IMG/VR virus record: IMGVR_UViG_3300036770_008715
Location: 64,001-128,000 of that record
Direction: 5' to 3' (one strand)
DNA length: 64,000 nt
Source of the DNA: a virus
Positions 30,644 to 41,300 of the stretch are shown one piece after another. Made by a program: the position numbers and the translations under genes. Numbering within the stretch: the stretch's first letter is position 1; the number at the start of each line of letters is the position of its first letter. The notes beneath the pieces are model-generated. The model searched no databases, was not told the DNA's origin, and was given only the letters and a program-made list of their open reading frames with translations.

Positions 30644-31057
30644 CTATTTTCCGAGATTTGCTAATGAGTGAGAAGCGTAATAAGTTTGACCACCATCGAA
30701 AGTGATCAGATTAATCACATCAGCATAATTAGATTTTTTTGCGAGCACTGGTACTTCGTTAAAAGACCAGAGCACGTTTTCAGGAAACACGACTTTACGG
30801 TTTCCAACATGATCTTGTTTAATCACGAGAACAGCAGAATAAGAATAGTCTGGTTCAGGTAGATTATCAAAAACGATATTCACAACACTATTTCGAAGAG
30901 TAATATTAAAGATATTCGAACCACTCAGATCTAAAACCAGATAATTATCATCTGCTGATAGTTTCTGAATTTTTTCGCGATATGATTTAAGAACGCCATC
31001 GAATTCTTCATTTTTAGAATTCTTTCTAAATTCGACAACGTTATCTACTGTTTTCAT
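30644..31057 (-). CDS. Stand-alone paralogue of the fibre C-terminal domain of 31070-32800
   Basis: LDLSGSNIFNITL...LVIKQD...VLWS...PVL...DVI...SHSLAN aligns with ANLALTNIFDITL...FVFRQS...VYWS...PVL...DVV...AHSLAD. Confidence 0.7.
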   Translation of the reverse strand: MKTVDNVVEFRKNSKNEEFDGVLKSYREKIQKLSADDNYLVLDLSGSNIFNITLRNSVVNIVFDNLPEPDYSYSAVLVIKQDHVGNRKVVFPENVLWSFNEVPVLAKKSNYADVINLITFDGGQTYYASHSLANLGK

Positions 31058-31069
31058 TTAACTTCTCCA

Positions 31070-32800
31070 TTAGGGTAGAGGTGCTGGGCCAACATCAGCC
31101 AAAGAGTGGGCTCCCAGAAAATAAGAAGATCCCGCTATAGCATATATAGTCACTACATCCAACTTACCAGAAGTTCCTGTAGCTAGCACTGGAGTTTCTC
31201 CTCCTGACCAATATACTGTATTGGCCCAAGTTACTGTATTGGCTACAGTACTGGATTGTCTGAATACAAATGTTGCTGGTGCGCCAGTTCCTGCAACAGG
31301 AACGTTAGTTAACGTTATTGTCGTAGAAGAGCCGCCAGATCTAGATAAAGTTATATCAAATATATTTGTTAGTGCCAAGTTAGCAGAATATGCTCCGCTG
31401 GTTACGTTGGCAAACGTGATAGCTTCCGTATAGGCTTTGAGCGTTGTACTCGTATTGCCTGTTACCCGTAAATCGCCAGAAGATGCGTTGAAAAATAATT
31501 TTGGAGTGGAAATCTTTGGTCCCTGGGTTCCAGTTCCAGGAACTAACACAGGATAGAGCGTTGTTGTAGTTGTATCGTCATTAGTTGTTATCGACGATCC
31601 AACGCCAGGTGCACCTTGTGCGCCAACAGCTCCTTGCCTACCTTGAGACCCCTGGGCACCAGAAGCGCCTTGAATGCCTTGGAATCCTTGAGCTCCAAAT
31701 CCACCTTGAATACCTTGGAATCCTTGGGCTCCAATAGCACCTTGAGCGCCAATAGTTCCTTGTCTACCTTGAGATCCTTGAGCGCCAATAGCACCCTGCC
31801 TTCCTTGAGATCCTTGAGCACCAATAGAGCCTTGCGCCCCAGCTGCCCCCTGAATTCCCTGGAATCCCTGGGCTCCAATAGCACCCTGCCTTCCTTGAGA
31901 TCCTTGAGCACCAATATCTCCTGTTCTATAAAAATCGATCGCAACATCATTTCCATTGATAAAGAAGTCGCCAGCTGCTCCAGAAACAGTCAAAGTGACT
32001 ATTCCAGTTGTTGGATTGCTAGATAATGAGTCTAGTGTAAATGTAGAAACTAAATTATCACTATATTGTTTAAATACCAAAAAACCTTTTATTGCAGATC
32101 CGCTATCATCCCAAGCTGTTAAATATGATGCAACATTATTACCAAATTTATCGTTTCTATTAATTGCAATAGTTGTTACGCCACTAAATGGCGGGAGATT
32201 TACGTTATATCGGAAATTACCAGAAGCTGGATCGCCCGTCGTAGCGTTACTGAATGTATATGTTAATCCACTATAACCCAGTGCTCCTTGAATTCCTTGG
32301 TGTCCCTGCCTTCCTTGGTGGCCTTGTGCGCCAGAGCCAGGACTACCTTGAATACCTTGGAATCCTTGGGCTCCAATAGCACCTTGAGCGCCAATAGTTC
32401 CTTGTCTACCTTGAGATCCTTGAGCGCCAATAGTTCCTTGTCTACCTTGAGCTCCCTGTACCCCTTGCGCTCCTGGTACTACAGCCGCAACAATGAATTC
32501 AATATCGGCATTTCCACTTGTAAAATCATTTGTTACTACAACATTAAGTGATGCGGTATTTTTAAAATTTAACTGGCTTGAATTTGCTCTTACTATTCCA
32601 TCAAGAGAAACTCTAACTGTATTTGCAGATTTAGCAACATCTCCAAGAACATCAGCAAAATCAGCTCCACCAACAGTTAGTTTGTTTGCAACAGTTAAAT
32701 TTCCCGTGGAAACGTTTCTTGATACTACAACGTTACCAAGAAAATCAGATTCACCGACTACTAATAATCCATTATCAACTTTAAAACTGGTATTTGCCAT
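31070..32800 (-). CDS. Collagen-containing tail fibre protein
   Basis: N-terminal FKVDNGL motif, two G-X-Q blocks, C-terminal tip domain. Confidence 0.85.
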   Translation of the reverse strand: MANTSFKVDNGLLVVGESDFLGNVVVSRNVSTGNLTVANKLTVGGADFADVLGDVAKSANTVRVSLDGIVRANSSQLNFKNTASLNVVVTNDFTSGNADIEFIVAAVVPGAQGVQGAQGRQGTIGAQGSQGRQGTIGAQGAIGAQGFQGIQGSPGSGAQGHQGRQGHQGIQGALGYSGLTYTFSNATTGDPASGNFRYNVNLPPFSGVTTIAINRNDKFGNNVASYLTAWDDSGSAIKGFLVFKQYSDNLVSTFTLDSLSSNPTTGIVTLTVSGAAGDFFINGNDVAIDFYRTGDIGAQGSQGRQGAIGAQGFQGIQGAAGAQGSIGAQGSQGRQGAIGAQGSQGRQGTIGAQGAIGAQGFQGIQGGFGAQGFQGIQGASGAQGSQGRQGAVGAQGAPGVGSSITTNDDTTTTTLYPVLVPGTGTQGPKISTPKLFFNASSGDLRVTGNTSTTLKAYTEAITFANVTSGAYSANLALTNIFDITLSRSGGSSTTITLTNVPVAGTGAPATFVFRQSSTVANTVTWANTVYWSGGETPVLATGTSGKLDVVTIYAIAGSSYFLGAHSLADVGPAPLP

Positions 32801-32812
32801 TTAAAATTAACC

Positions 32813-34924
32813 TTACTTTATTAAATTTGCCACTACTTTTGTGGTACAACTAGCAAAACTTGTGGTTAAATAAATTTCAACATTTCCGCCAACGACAGCA
32901 GTAGAGAAATTTCCTAGTAGAGAACTTCCTTGGGTTGTTGATGGCGGTGATGAGACTGTAGCATATACAGTCATATGCGAATTACCATTTACTTGAGTGA
33001 CAATAGCTTCAGACATTTGGGTTGCTGGTACATTAGAACCAAATCCCACATCAGTGCTTTGAACTTCAATTAAAAGTTTGGCGCAAGAGTATTGGGATGT
33101 TGGGAAATAGTAAATTCTTCTTGTTCCAGCAGCTCCAATATTACTATTGGCTAAACCTTCGATTACATGGAAATCCTGCATGGTGGTTGTTCCACCAACA
33201 GTCAGAGCACCGCCAACGCCAAGAGTAGAACCTACATTGGCAAAAGTCCCAACTGAAACGTTTCCGCCGATGCTCGAATTTTGAGCTACTATCAAGTTGG
33301 CATATAACGTAGTGTTTCTTCTCACCTCTAATGTTGAGCCAACGTTAAGAGTTCCAGCAATGTTAGCTCTAGATCCTATCGAAACATTTCCAGTTACTGA
33401 GGCATTTTGGGATATGATTAGGTTGGCATAACCAGTAATGTTTCTGCGCACCTCTAATGTTGAGCCAACGTTAAGAGTTTCAGCAATATTAGCTCTAGAA
33501 CCAATAGAAACGTTTCCTGTCACTGAAGCGTTTTGTGATATAATCAGGTTTGCATAACCAGTAATGTTTCTACCAACTTCCAGTGTAGAACCAACATTAA
33601 GAGTATCAGCGATATTAGCCGCTCCACCAACAGTCAGATTCCCGCCAACCCCTAGATTTGTACCAACGTTGGCAAAAGATCCAATTGAAGTGTTTCCTGC
33701 TATTGAGGCGTTTTGGCTTATTATTAAGTTTGCATAACCAATAATATTTCTAGAGACTTCTAATGTTGATCCAACATTGAGAGTTCCAGCAATGTTAGCT
33801 CTAGAACCTATAGAAACGTTACCAGTAACTGAGGCATTCTGTGATATGATTAAGTTTGCATAACCAATAATATTTCTAGAGACTTCTAATGTTGATCCAA
33901 CATTGAGAGTACCAGCAATGTTAGCTCTAGAACCTATAGAAACGTTACCAGTAACTGAGGCATTTTGGGATATGATTAGGTTGGCATAACCTGTTATATT
34001 TCTACCAACTTCCAGTGTAGAACCAACATTAAGAGTATCAGCGATATTAGCCGCTCCACCAACAGTCAGATTACCACCAACGCCAAGATTTGTGCCAACA
34101 TTAGCAAACGATCCAATAGAAACATTTCCAGTTACTGAGGCATTTTGGGATATGATTAGGTTGGCATAACCAGTAATGTTTCTTCTAACCTCTAATGTGG
34201 AACCGACGTTTAAGGATCCAGCAATATTAGCTCTAGAACCAATAGAAACGTTTCCTGTCACTGAAGCGTTTTGTGATATAATCAGGTTCGCATAACCAGT
34301 AATATTCCTAGCTACTTCTAATGTTGAGCCAACGTTCAAAGAACCAATAATATTAGCTCTTGATCCAATTGTAACATTTCCAGAAACAGTGACGTTTTTT
34401 GATACTGATAAATTCGAAGATATTGCAACGTTACCCAATCTAATAGTATTAGCAACAGTTAAGTAGTTAGCAACGTTTAGTATTAGACCATTATTTGACT
34501 GAAGACCATCCGTTTCTAGCCAACCAGAAGCATATACGTTAGCCAGAGAAGAAATTACGTTATTAAATAACCTTACTGTTCTAGTGTTACCCATGGCATG
34601 GAAATTCAATGAATCATTCGTAAATTTAATATCATTTGCTGCAGCATATATGAAGTTAGTTGTGCCTATTTGATCGATCTTAGCTGCAGTCAATTTACCA
34701 CTAGAAATGGTCGCATCTCCATATGGTACTCGGAGAGCTGTAAATCCACCTGTCACGTTAGATAATTCAATATAGCCAACAGCAACGTTGATACTCCCTT
34801 GGGGCTTCAGAAAATCTCCTCGACAAACCTCGTTAATATCATTGACATTTAGGTTTGTTTGAATTCTCCAATTCTCAAAAGTATTTGCAGTTGTAACTGT
34901 TGAGATATTAGCCGTACTTGCCAT
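32813..34924 (-). CDS. Baseplate-proximal fibre with 44/62-aa beta-solenoid repeats
   Basis: N-terminal NTFENWRIQTN; repeats ANIAGTLNVGSTLEVxRNIxGYANLIISQNASVTGNVSIGSR; C-terminal YSCAKLLIEV domain. Confidence 0.75.
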   Translation of the reverse strand: MASTANISTVTTANTFENWRIQTNLNVNDINEVCRGDFLKPQGSINVAVGYIELSNVTGGFTALRVPYGDATISSGKLTAAKIDQIGTTNFIYAAANDIKFTNDSLNFHAMGNTRTVRLFNNVISSLANVYASGWLETDGLQSNNGLILNVANYLTVANTIRLGNVAISSNLSVSKNVTVSGNVTIGSRANIIGSLNVGSTLEVARNITGYANLIISQNASVTGNVSIGSRANIAGSLNVGSTLEVRRNITGYANLIISQNASVTGNVSIGSFANVGTNLGVGGNLTVGGAANIADTLNVGSTLEVGRNITGYANLIISQNASVTGNVSIGSRANIAGTLNVGSTLEVSRNIIGYANLIISQNASVTGNVSIGSRANIAGTLNVGSTLEVSRNIIGYANLIISQNASIAGNTSIGSFANVGTNLGVGGNLTVGGAANIADTLNVGSTLEVGRNITGYANLIISQNASVTGNVSIGSRANIAETLNVGSTLEVRRNITGYANLIISQNASVTGNVSIGSRANIAGTLNVGSTLEVRRNTTLYANLIVAQNSSIGGNVSVGTFANVGSTLGVGGALTVGGTTTMQDFHVIEGLANSNIGAAGTRRIYYFPTSQYSCAKLLIEVQSTDVGFGSNVPATQMSEAIVTQVNGNSHMTVYATVSSPPSTTQGSSLLGNFSTAVVGGNVEIYLTTSFASCTTKVVANLIK
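33190..34400 (-). repeat. Intragenic tandem repeat, 132-bp unit with interspersed 186-bp variants
   Basis: Near-identical DNA units (for example ~33720-33850 vs ~33850-33980). Confidence 0.85.
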
Positions 34925-35137
34925 TTAGTTCAATCTCTGGATGATTTGCTGAAGAAGGGTTTTTATATCCGAAACATCTTGCTTCAGCATATTTATTTCA
35001 TTTTTTTGGGATTCTTTTTCGCTCAACTCCCTCATTTTTTGATTGTGCCTCAAAACAGCGTTCTTATTGACGCACAATATTGCATTAGTAGATGTATCTC
35101 TAACTAAAGTTTCATTTTCTTTTACTTTAATTTTCAT
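34925..35137 (-). CDS. Conserved small coiled-coil protein downstream of VrlC-like genes
   Basis: MKIKVKENETLVRDTSTNAIL...EINMLKQDVSDIKTLL; start moved to ATG 35137 to avoid overlap with the upstream gene. Confidence 0.7.
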   Translation of the reverse strand: MKIKVKENETLVRDTSTNAILCVNKNAVLRHNQKMRELSEKESQKNEINMLKQDVSDIKTLLQQIIQRLN

Positions 35138-35142
35138 AATTA

Positions 35143-38100
35143 TTATCCAGCTGGGACTGCACTTATTCGAATATTGCGAATATAGGGTACAACAGCCAAG
35201 TCTGAAGATGTCAAACAAACTTTAACAGCAAAAGACTTAAACACTCTTCCAATAGGATATTCTACCCCGTCAAGGACATAGGAAAGTTCGTTTTTAGTGA
35301 AACTTGGCCTATATTCAAACTCTCTAATTGAGTTCGAATCTTTGGAGAAAATATCTGATCTTCTCTCCATTCTAACCCAGGTTTTTTCCCAAAATTTTTC
35401 AGTATCATCAATACCAAGAACTTTATAATATACTTGGATATCTGTCCCTACTGGTCTTATTGCATCCATGAATACGATTAAATCGCCAGCTTCAAATCCT
35501 TCCAATAAAGCAATTTGTCTGGTTTGGTATCTTGCTTTAATATTTCCTCCCCACTTACCAGTCTCTCCTCTAGCAATAATTAGAGCCTCTTCTTGACCTG
35601 AGAGATCTTCAGGAGGAGCCAAAGTTATTGTTGGAGTTTCATAATAACCGCTGCCTTCAGATACCATAAAGATAGAATCGATTCTATTTGTTCCATCAGT
35701 ATTAGCAACAGCAAATCCTTTAGCTCCAGAACCAACGGTTGAATTTATCACTAAACCATAATATGCAATATTTGCATCACCATCATAATATGTGGTTCTA
35801 TGAGCAGTTGCTGCAGCATTTAACGTTGTATAATCGGTTGCAGTATAAAGAGTAGAACCAACAAGATTCCCATTTGGAACCTTTTTATATCCAAGCCCCT
35901 TTGTTGCTATTGATATAATATTGTTAGAAAGTTCAGCATTATTAATCACATACTCAGAAACTGCAACTGAAATTGATTCCTTATTAATTATAGGTGAAAT
36001 GTTTGGATCAGTTGTAGTTAAGTCTGCTCTTACGACGATACTATCTCTTTTACCTTTATTGATAAATCTTGTGTTGGTGAGAGAAGCACTTTTATCTGCA
36101 AGCTCACCATATCTAAGCATTTTATGTGGCTTAATATCAGTGTAATTAACTTCTTCTGTTGCAACATTTGTGCTTGGATTCTTTCTATAACTTTTTATTG
36201 TATAGTCTGTGACTGCATTGCCAAACCCAAGATCATTTGTATGAAGAATTACCTTACCGACATCTAAGTTGGCTTTGGGGGGATCCTTCATTTTAAATAA
36301 TGCATAACCGCTGCTGGTATTGAATACAGCCTTGTTAATAACAAACATCAAATCTTGATTTTGATATGCAGTCCAAGTAGAACTATTTTGCGACTTGAAT
36401 AATGATCCAGCATATGGTTGATCACTGATTCTTCTAGGAGGGCTAGCATTAAGAACATCTTGTCCAAGCTCGGCGATCCAAAGTTCATACTCTGGCGACT
36501 CTGAGCCAACTGTTAATGCATATTCAGTATCTGGCTCCAGGTATACTGGATCTCTAAATCTAAATGTGGTTTTTGTTTTTGCATTTGTAACGTCAGGCTT
36601 AGTAGAAACTTTCACATCACTTGCATCAACTTTAGTTCTAGCGATGTAGTTTTTAGTTGGGTATCCATTAACTACCTGTGCAATTCTTAAATTCACAGGC
36701 AATTGCATAGAACCTCTAGCTTTACTTGGTTTTGATTTGAAAAATAAATCTACTGAAGTTACGAATATTCCTCTATTGACTTTATTTGAGCTAGCTTTTG
36801 GTGTGAAGAAAGTTTGGGATAATCCATTAACGAATTTTGGTCGTACGATTGAATCAGCATTAGTTCCCAATGACGGAGATCCTGCAGCATCAGCATCTTG
36901 CGTTAGATTGCTTGGAGCAACAGGATTATCGCCAGAAAATTCAGGGAGCGGCTGAGATACTGGAGTTGATGTTATTCTTTGGGTGATATTTAATAAACCA
37001 GAAGCCGTAAATTTGGCTGACGCTTTCATGGTAAAGTTGGGATTATCAACTTTATCAGTGTCAGTTATCGTAAATATTCTCTCCCCAGTTTTAAATTTAT
37101 ATTCTGGTTCCTCTGGGAGATTAAATATTCCAGCAAGACCACCATTTTCATCAACAACTAAATCGCCTATGCTATAGTGCGATGTGCTACCAACTTTTAA
37201 ATCTGATACTCCAGTATTAACACGAACAGCATTATCAAGAATAGCAACAATTCTCTTGGTTTGTATTGCTCCACGGCCAGAAGTTATATGGATAAGCCTA
37301 CCATCTAATTCTTGACCAACATTAGCTGATAGTTGTAAAACTGTTCTATCTTCGTTAGTCCATAATCCAGTATATTTTTGTACTGTATTTGCAATGACAC
37401 CAGAATAATGTTTTCTTGATGTTACTTGGAGCCTTTTTCCTGTATCGATAGAAACAAGCGTATCGCCTGCGCCATAATTATTAAGTCTGGTGTTTAGAAC
37501 TTTAATAACAGGAGCACTTGGGTTCGATTCATTACGCAAATTTATTCTATTATTTGCTGTATTGAAGTTTGTTCTTAGTATACCAGATATGGGTTCAATT
37601 GTAAGAACATTAGCCGAAGCCTGGGGTTGGAAATATTTAACTTTACCAATAAAATTAGCTTTCTCGAAAGGGGCACTTCCGCTTGCTGTCTGGTATACCA
37701 AATCTCCATCTTGGAAATGCGTTGTCGACAGAGATGTTGTTGTGGAGATTACGTTACAATAGATAAAGTTTTCATTTAAATATACAATATTTTCCCCAGA
37801 AGTCCCAACAACAACCATATATGCATTGGTTCTTTGTACATAAACTTCTTCGTCTTGAGAGAATGTTGATGCGCTGTTTTGGCTTTCAGAATCTAAAACA
37901 GTAGCAGTAACCTTTAAAGTGGCACCAGTACTATTGCTTATATACAGAGGAGCGCTTTCGTCAAAGAAACCAGATATATCTGCAACTATAAGAACTTTTG
38001 TTGAGCTATTGTAAGAAGCAACAACAGAAGAAAATGTTTTATTAGTAAATGAACTTCCTTGCCAGGCAACGTCTGTGGTTACTGCTGTATATGATTGTGT

Positions 38101-38313
38101 TGTGCTGATAGAAATTTGTTTTCTGGCATTAACTTCAATTAAATTGGCTCTTTGCGTTACATGGTTGACAGCAATATCATCAAAAAATACAGACGCTTTA
38201 CGATATGGACGAAGATTATCAGCGTCGAACATAATTTTTTGTCGACGAATATATGGTATCAGCGAACTGTCGGCAATTAAAGTGCCTTGTGTTACATAAA
38301 TCGGTTCAGCCAT
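35143..38313 (-). CDS. VrlC/DUF4815-type baseplate-associated structural protein, C-terminal-type part
   Basis: IPYIRRQ...LRPY; FKTGERIFTITD; SQTFF...FVTSVDLFFKSK; QPYAGSLFKSQNSSTWTAYQNQDLMF. Confidence 0.8.
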   Translation of the reverse strand: MAEPIYVTQGTLIADSSLIPYIRRQKIMFDADNLRPYRKASVFFDDIAVNHVTQRANLIEVNARKQISISTTQSYTAVTTDVAWQGSSFTNKTFSSVVASYNSSTKVLIVADISGFFDESAPLYISNSTGATLKVTATVLDSESQNSASTFSQDEEVYVQRTNAYMVVVGTSGENIVYLNENFIYCNVISTTTSLSTTHFQDGDLVYQTASGSAPFEKANFIGKVKYFQPQASANVLTIEPISGILRTNFNTANNRINLRNESNPSAPVIKVLNTRLNNYGAGDTLVSIDTGKRLQVTSRKHYSGVIANTVQKYTGLWTNEDRTVLQLSANVGQELDGRLIHITSGRGAIQTKRIVAILDNAVRVNTGVSDLKVGSTSHYSIGDLVVDENGGLAGIFNLPEEPEYKFKTGERIFTITDTDKVDNPNFTMKASAKFTASGLLNITQRITSTPVSQPLPEFSGDNPVAPSNLTQDADAAGSPSLGTNADSIVRPKFVNGLSQTFFTPKASSNKVNRGIFVTSVDLFFKSKPSKARGSMQLPVNLRIAQVVNGYPTKNYIARTKVDASDVKVSTKPDVTNAKTKTTFRFRDPVYLEPDTEYALTVGSESPEYELWIAELGQDVLNASPPRRISDQPYAGSLFKSQNSSTWTAYQNQDLMFVINKAVFNTSSGYALFKMKDPPKANLDVGKVILHTNDLGFGNAVTDYTIKSYRKNPSTNVATEEVNYTDIKPHKMLRYGELADKSASLTNTRFINKGKRDSIVVRADLTTTDPNISPIINKESISVAVSEYVINNAELSNNIISIATKGLGYKKVPNGNLVGSTLYTATDYTTLNAAATAHRTTYYDGDANIAYYGLVINSTVGSGAKGFAVANTDGTNRIDSIFMVSEGSGYYETPTITLAPPEDLSGQEEALIIARGETGKWGGNIKARYQTRQIALLEGFEAGDLIVFMDAIRPVGTDIQVYYKVLGIDDTEKFWEKTWVRMERRSDIFSKDSNSIREFEYRPSFTKNELSYVLDGVEYPIGRVFKSFAVKVCLTSSDLAVVPYIRNIRISAVPAG

Positions 38314-38324
38314 TTTATTTTACC

Positions 38325-41300
38325 TTATTTAAATCTACCAGTTACGTCTCTATCGATACCACCGCCACCAGATGGGGGTGCATATGTTGGTTCAGTGTAT
38401 GCAACCTGATCATAATTTATTGTTGTAGCTGTACCTGTGGATGGAACAAACATCTGGAATTCATTTGTTGGCATCCATGGTAGGAATCCAGCGCCAAAAT
38501 CAAGTATTGGCATCGGGAATATTATCCCATTCAATAAAGATTCATCGATACCAGTCCATTCATTAGGTGGAGTTGTTGTGATAATTTCAGGATCGTCGTT
38601 ACTCGAAGGCGGAACTGCCACAACAGGATCTGGATTTCTGGGATCATCAGTTGTAATTGGGATTATTACATCATTTGGCAGATTTATCACATCAACTGGA
38701 TTTCCAGTACCAGCATCAGTTCCTGGACCTTCTGGCTGAGTTTGAGTATTTGTATTTGCAGATGGTATAACAATAATTGTCTCAGTTGTTTTAACTTGGG
38801 TAACGATTTCTCTAACAACCTCTTGTATTCTAGTCTCTCTGAAAACCTCAGCTGGAGCCTTGATAATTTCAGGCCTCAATTCTTCGGATACCCAATAATC
38901 TATCTCAGGAGATAGGCTGATATTACCAATAAAAGAAGCAAACAAAAATGGTTGTACTGAAACTGCAGTGTTACTCGCCAATGGCTGAGATATTGCAGCT
39001 TGTTCTGTGAATGCTAATGATAAAGTTTTACCGTTTCTTTTGGTATTTGTTAAAGAATATGGTCTGATATCATAAATTCTTGTTTTAGTTTTTGCTGTAA
39101 TTCCTTTTGCAGTCTTAGAGACAGAAAAGTCTCTATTCTTATAATCTGCAATATCATAATTTTGAAAACTTTCTCCGACAAGACCATATTTTTCTTTTTT
39201 AGTATTGTCATTATAAAACGCTGGATCAGCAAGAGTTCTATTTTCAATATTATTCAAAGAAGTATAGTATTCCACTCTTTGAATTCTTTTATCCAAAGCA
39301 GCAAGATCTTTCATAGTGTATCTTTTTGCTTCATTATATTTTAGTCCAATATCACTTATCCTGTGCACATATGGAGGTAGATAAATTGTATACAAAGTCA
39401 TTGAATCAGAATCGTCATCTGGTGGCACTGGTGCTACTGCGCTAGTTCCCTTCAGAATCTTGAATTCTTTTGTTTTCGTTAAAACCAACTTATCTATTCT
39501 AGATAACCAATATTTAAATGTAGCTACAACGATTGAATCTGGATCAGAAATTTTTCCACTAATAATAGAACCAGAAGGATCTCCTATTTTTCTTGTTGGT
39601 CTAAAATCAATACTATCTCTTAAATTAAACCTACCATACTTTCTTGAGTAATGTATTGGAATAGTGCCAGACTCATATTCTTCTTGGGTGTATGAATCGA
39701 CACTAAAGAAAGTGTTAGAAGAATCTTCAGAATGTTTGTAATAATCTAGATGAATTAAGAGCTTAGCATTTGGAGTTGGATAACCTTGCTTTAAGGTTAT
39801 AGTAGCATGATCATAAATTTCATCCTTTTGGCCACCATCAAAAGTAAAGTGGTCTGTAACGTCAAAATAATTTGTTGACGATGGCCAAAGATCACCATTA
39901 CTCTTGAGAATTCTTCTAACTCTCAGAACATCTGGCACATATAAACTTAAACTATCACCTGGTCCAATATTAGTTACAATTTCCCTCAGCATAACAATAC
40001 CATTATTGGCATCAATTCTAGCCACAGTTTGCGGAGTTGAACTAAATGGATCAACATCGCCCATAGCTCTTTGTACATCTAACCAAGATGCATCTGGCCC
40101 AGTTGGGTATGTGTATAGAGGAGAAACTGTATATGATGTGTTCGATACTAAAGTTTTTCTTCGAATATTTGTTTCAACATTATCCTGTCTAACAACAACA
40201 TAAGCAGATACTTCTGAAACACCAGTTGCCAGGTTATTCGTACTCAAATCAACAATTATGCCGTCGCCCAATCCATTTAAGTTAACATGATTGGAATTCA
40301 GCCTTAATATCTCACCATTTGAAACAGTGGTTGATGTTCCCTTATTTCTTACAACTACAATCAAATTATCTTCAATATTCGAATTTGTTGGTAACCAATC
40401 GATTCTTTCTGATCCAGAAGTTAAATACCCACCAGGTTCAATTGTAAATGAATTACTAACAACTGAAATGCTTTGAATATATTTGTTATGGTAATAATCT
40501 ACATTTTGTAAAGAAATGCTACCGCCAAAAGATCTCTGGACATACTCTTGCGGTAATCTAAATATTAGAGATTTATAATCGTTTTCTTTAAGCCAAACAT
40601 CTCCTAATTGGTTCTTTGAGCTTTGCGCCACGTTAGCTGACATTGTCACATTTGATGTTGTCATATTACTAAAATCTAGTTTAATAAATGATTCAACATC
40701 TTTAAACTTGGGATTTATTTGTACTACAGCATTCTGAGTTGGAACTGAATTTTCATCAAATGGTAAATCCAAATATGCAGTTCTACTAGAACCATCATAT
40801 CTTGTTATAGTTCTCGTTTGATTAACAACATTAGAAGTTATTGGCAGCTGCTTTTCAAGATACCTGTCTCCATATAAATTACCGCTGGTAAATGCTTTCG
40901 ACCATGGCCGATCAGCAACTATAAAAGTTGTGGTCACTTTAGTTGCAATTCTAGTTTCGCCATTAAATCGTATAGTATCTCCAACATTACATCTTGTTCT
41001 TAAATTAGTTGTATTTGCCCCATGCCTATGAATCCATCTAGTTGCCGAAATGTTGACGTTAGCATTAGCAACAACATCCAGCCTAAAAGGCATCATAGTT
41101 ATAGTCATATTTGTATATGCACCATCTATTGAAGGTGCAGTTGTTGGTAAAACGATTGTATTTGAAGTGCTACCTGTTGATAACTTATACAACATAGGCT
41201 TAATATCGATATCAGTAACATATAGATTATAGGTTCCATTACTATCACCAGAAGGCAAAACAGAAGTATTTGCGCCGTCAACAGTATCGATTCCTTGAGA

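Noticed and set aside
68-32551. Many plus-strand and alternate-frame ORFs over repeat genes (LEILELQQHL-, LNTLESLS-, KDSKEFKV- and poly-Pro types)
   Set aside because: They are shadow frames of collagen/Gly-rich codon repeats that lack stops; the G-X-Y frame is the coherent gene
1-35000. Diversity-generating retroelement or invertase shufflon acting on the adhesins
   Set aside because: No reverse transcriptase or recombinase, no TR/VR pair with A-specific mismatches seen, and all genes are co-oriented
35138-35218. ORF-track N-terminal extensions (35218, also 26625 and 62854)
   Set aside because: They overlap upstream genes or regulatory signals; downstream ATGs at 35137, 26610 and 62827 fit coupling or SD evidence better
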